From NCBI RefSeq assembly GCF_021028975.2, contig NC_059434.1, forward strand, positions 61,008,001-61,072,000: a DNA stretch of 64,000 nt. Direction: 5' to 3'. Both the position numbers and the translations under genes were made by a program. Positions 63,474 to 64,000 of the stretch are shown in pieces (position 1 is the first letter of the stretch; every line of letters starts with the position of its first letter). The notes beneath the pieces are model-generated. The model was not told the DNA's origin and made no database searches. It was given only the letters and a program-made list of their open reading frames with translations. This stretch comes from Sphaerodactylus townsendi (Eukaryota).

Positions 63474-64000
63474 TGTAGGGGTGAGCCCCGCGAACCCAGC
63501 AGAACCTCAGAAAGAGCGCATGGAATGCCTGTGCCGTCTGTGTCCTTCTGGGCGCACATGCTCTCCCATCCCCCAGACCCCCCGTGAGTCACAGGTCATG
63601 AGATGCCTGACTCACGGTCACCAGATGTCCCAGACAAAGGGACAAAGGGGCTCCTGCCCCCAGGTATGGATTAGACCCAGACGCGAGCGTTTCCCCCCGC
63701 ACATAGGCAACCCCATGATGTCATGTATCATATGATATTCTCCCGCTCTCCCGCCTCCGTTTCCACCCATATTACCGCCCCTATTGTAAACCCTAATAAA
63801 AGGTGCCAGGGCCGAGCACACAGCAGAGTTGCCAGGCCCACGGATCAGTGCCGGATCCAAGGACTGCGCTTCCTGCTGCTGGCTCTCTCCACCGGATGAT
63901 ATCACCGCGTCTCGCCTCTTCCTTGCGACCCCTGCGGGCCGACTTCATGCTGGTGCCTGAAACCCGGGGAATCTCCAACCTCCGCCCGCTTACCGTCGCC
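63474..64000 (+). mobile_element. ERV 5' LTR (to CA at 63947) plus tRNA-Phe-like PBS; continues beyond the window
   Basis: CpG-rich; taataaaa at ~63795. The PBS tggtgcctgaaacccggg at 63951 matches the tRNA-Phe complement TGGTGCCGAAACCCGGG with one extra T. LTR start uncertain (63457 or 63474). Confidence 0.75.

Noticed and set aside
328-63978. Most ORFs in the six-frame track as independent genes
   Set aside because: They are short, often use non-ATG starts, and show no recognisable domains. They are chance frames in introns or TEs; only those overlapping collagen exons or LINE remnants are meaningful.

Overview
Eukaryotic DNA from a squamate reptile, probably a gecko (inferred from the repeat families). 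The whole window lies inside one large minus-strand gene, COL25A1 (collagen XXV / CLAC-P). I mapped 23 short phase-0 GT-AG coding exons between 58359 and 1115. They run from the NC2 linker (two candidate alternative exons) through COL2 and NC3 into COL3; the gene's 5' and 3' ends lie outside the window. The introns contain many transposable elements: Bov-B/RTE, CR1 (including an ORF1-only copy), an L2 remnant, Squam3-like SINEs, Penelope terminal repeats with decayed hammerhead motifs, Harbinger-like, hAT and Tc1/mariner MITEs, a solo LTR, and the 5' LTR plus PBS of an ERV at the right edge. There is a 251-nt N gap. I found no new multi-gene system. The best leads are the alternative NC2 exon pair, a gene-sense solo LTR, an ORF2-less CR1, a template-switch-like rearrangement, and a MITE carrying repeated hairpins. 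Protein and TE family comparisons are from memory, not from database searches.
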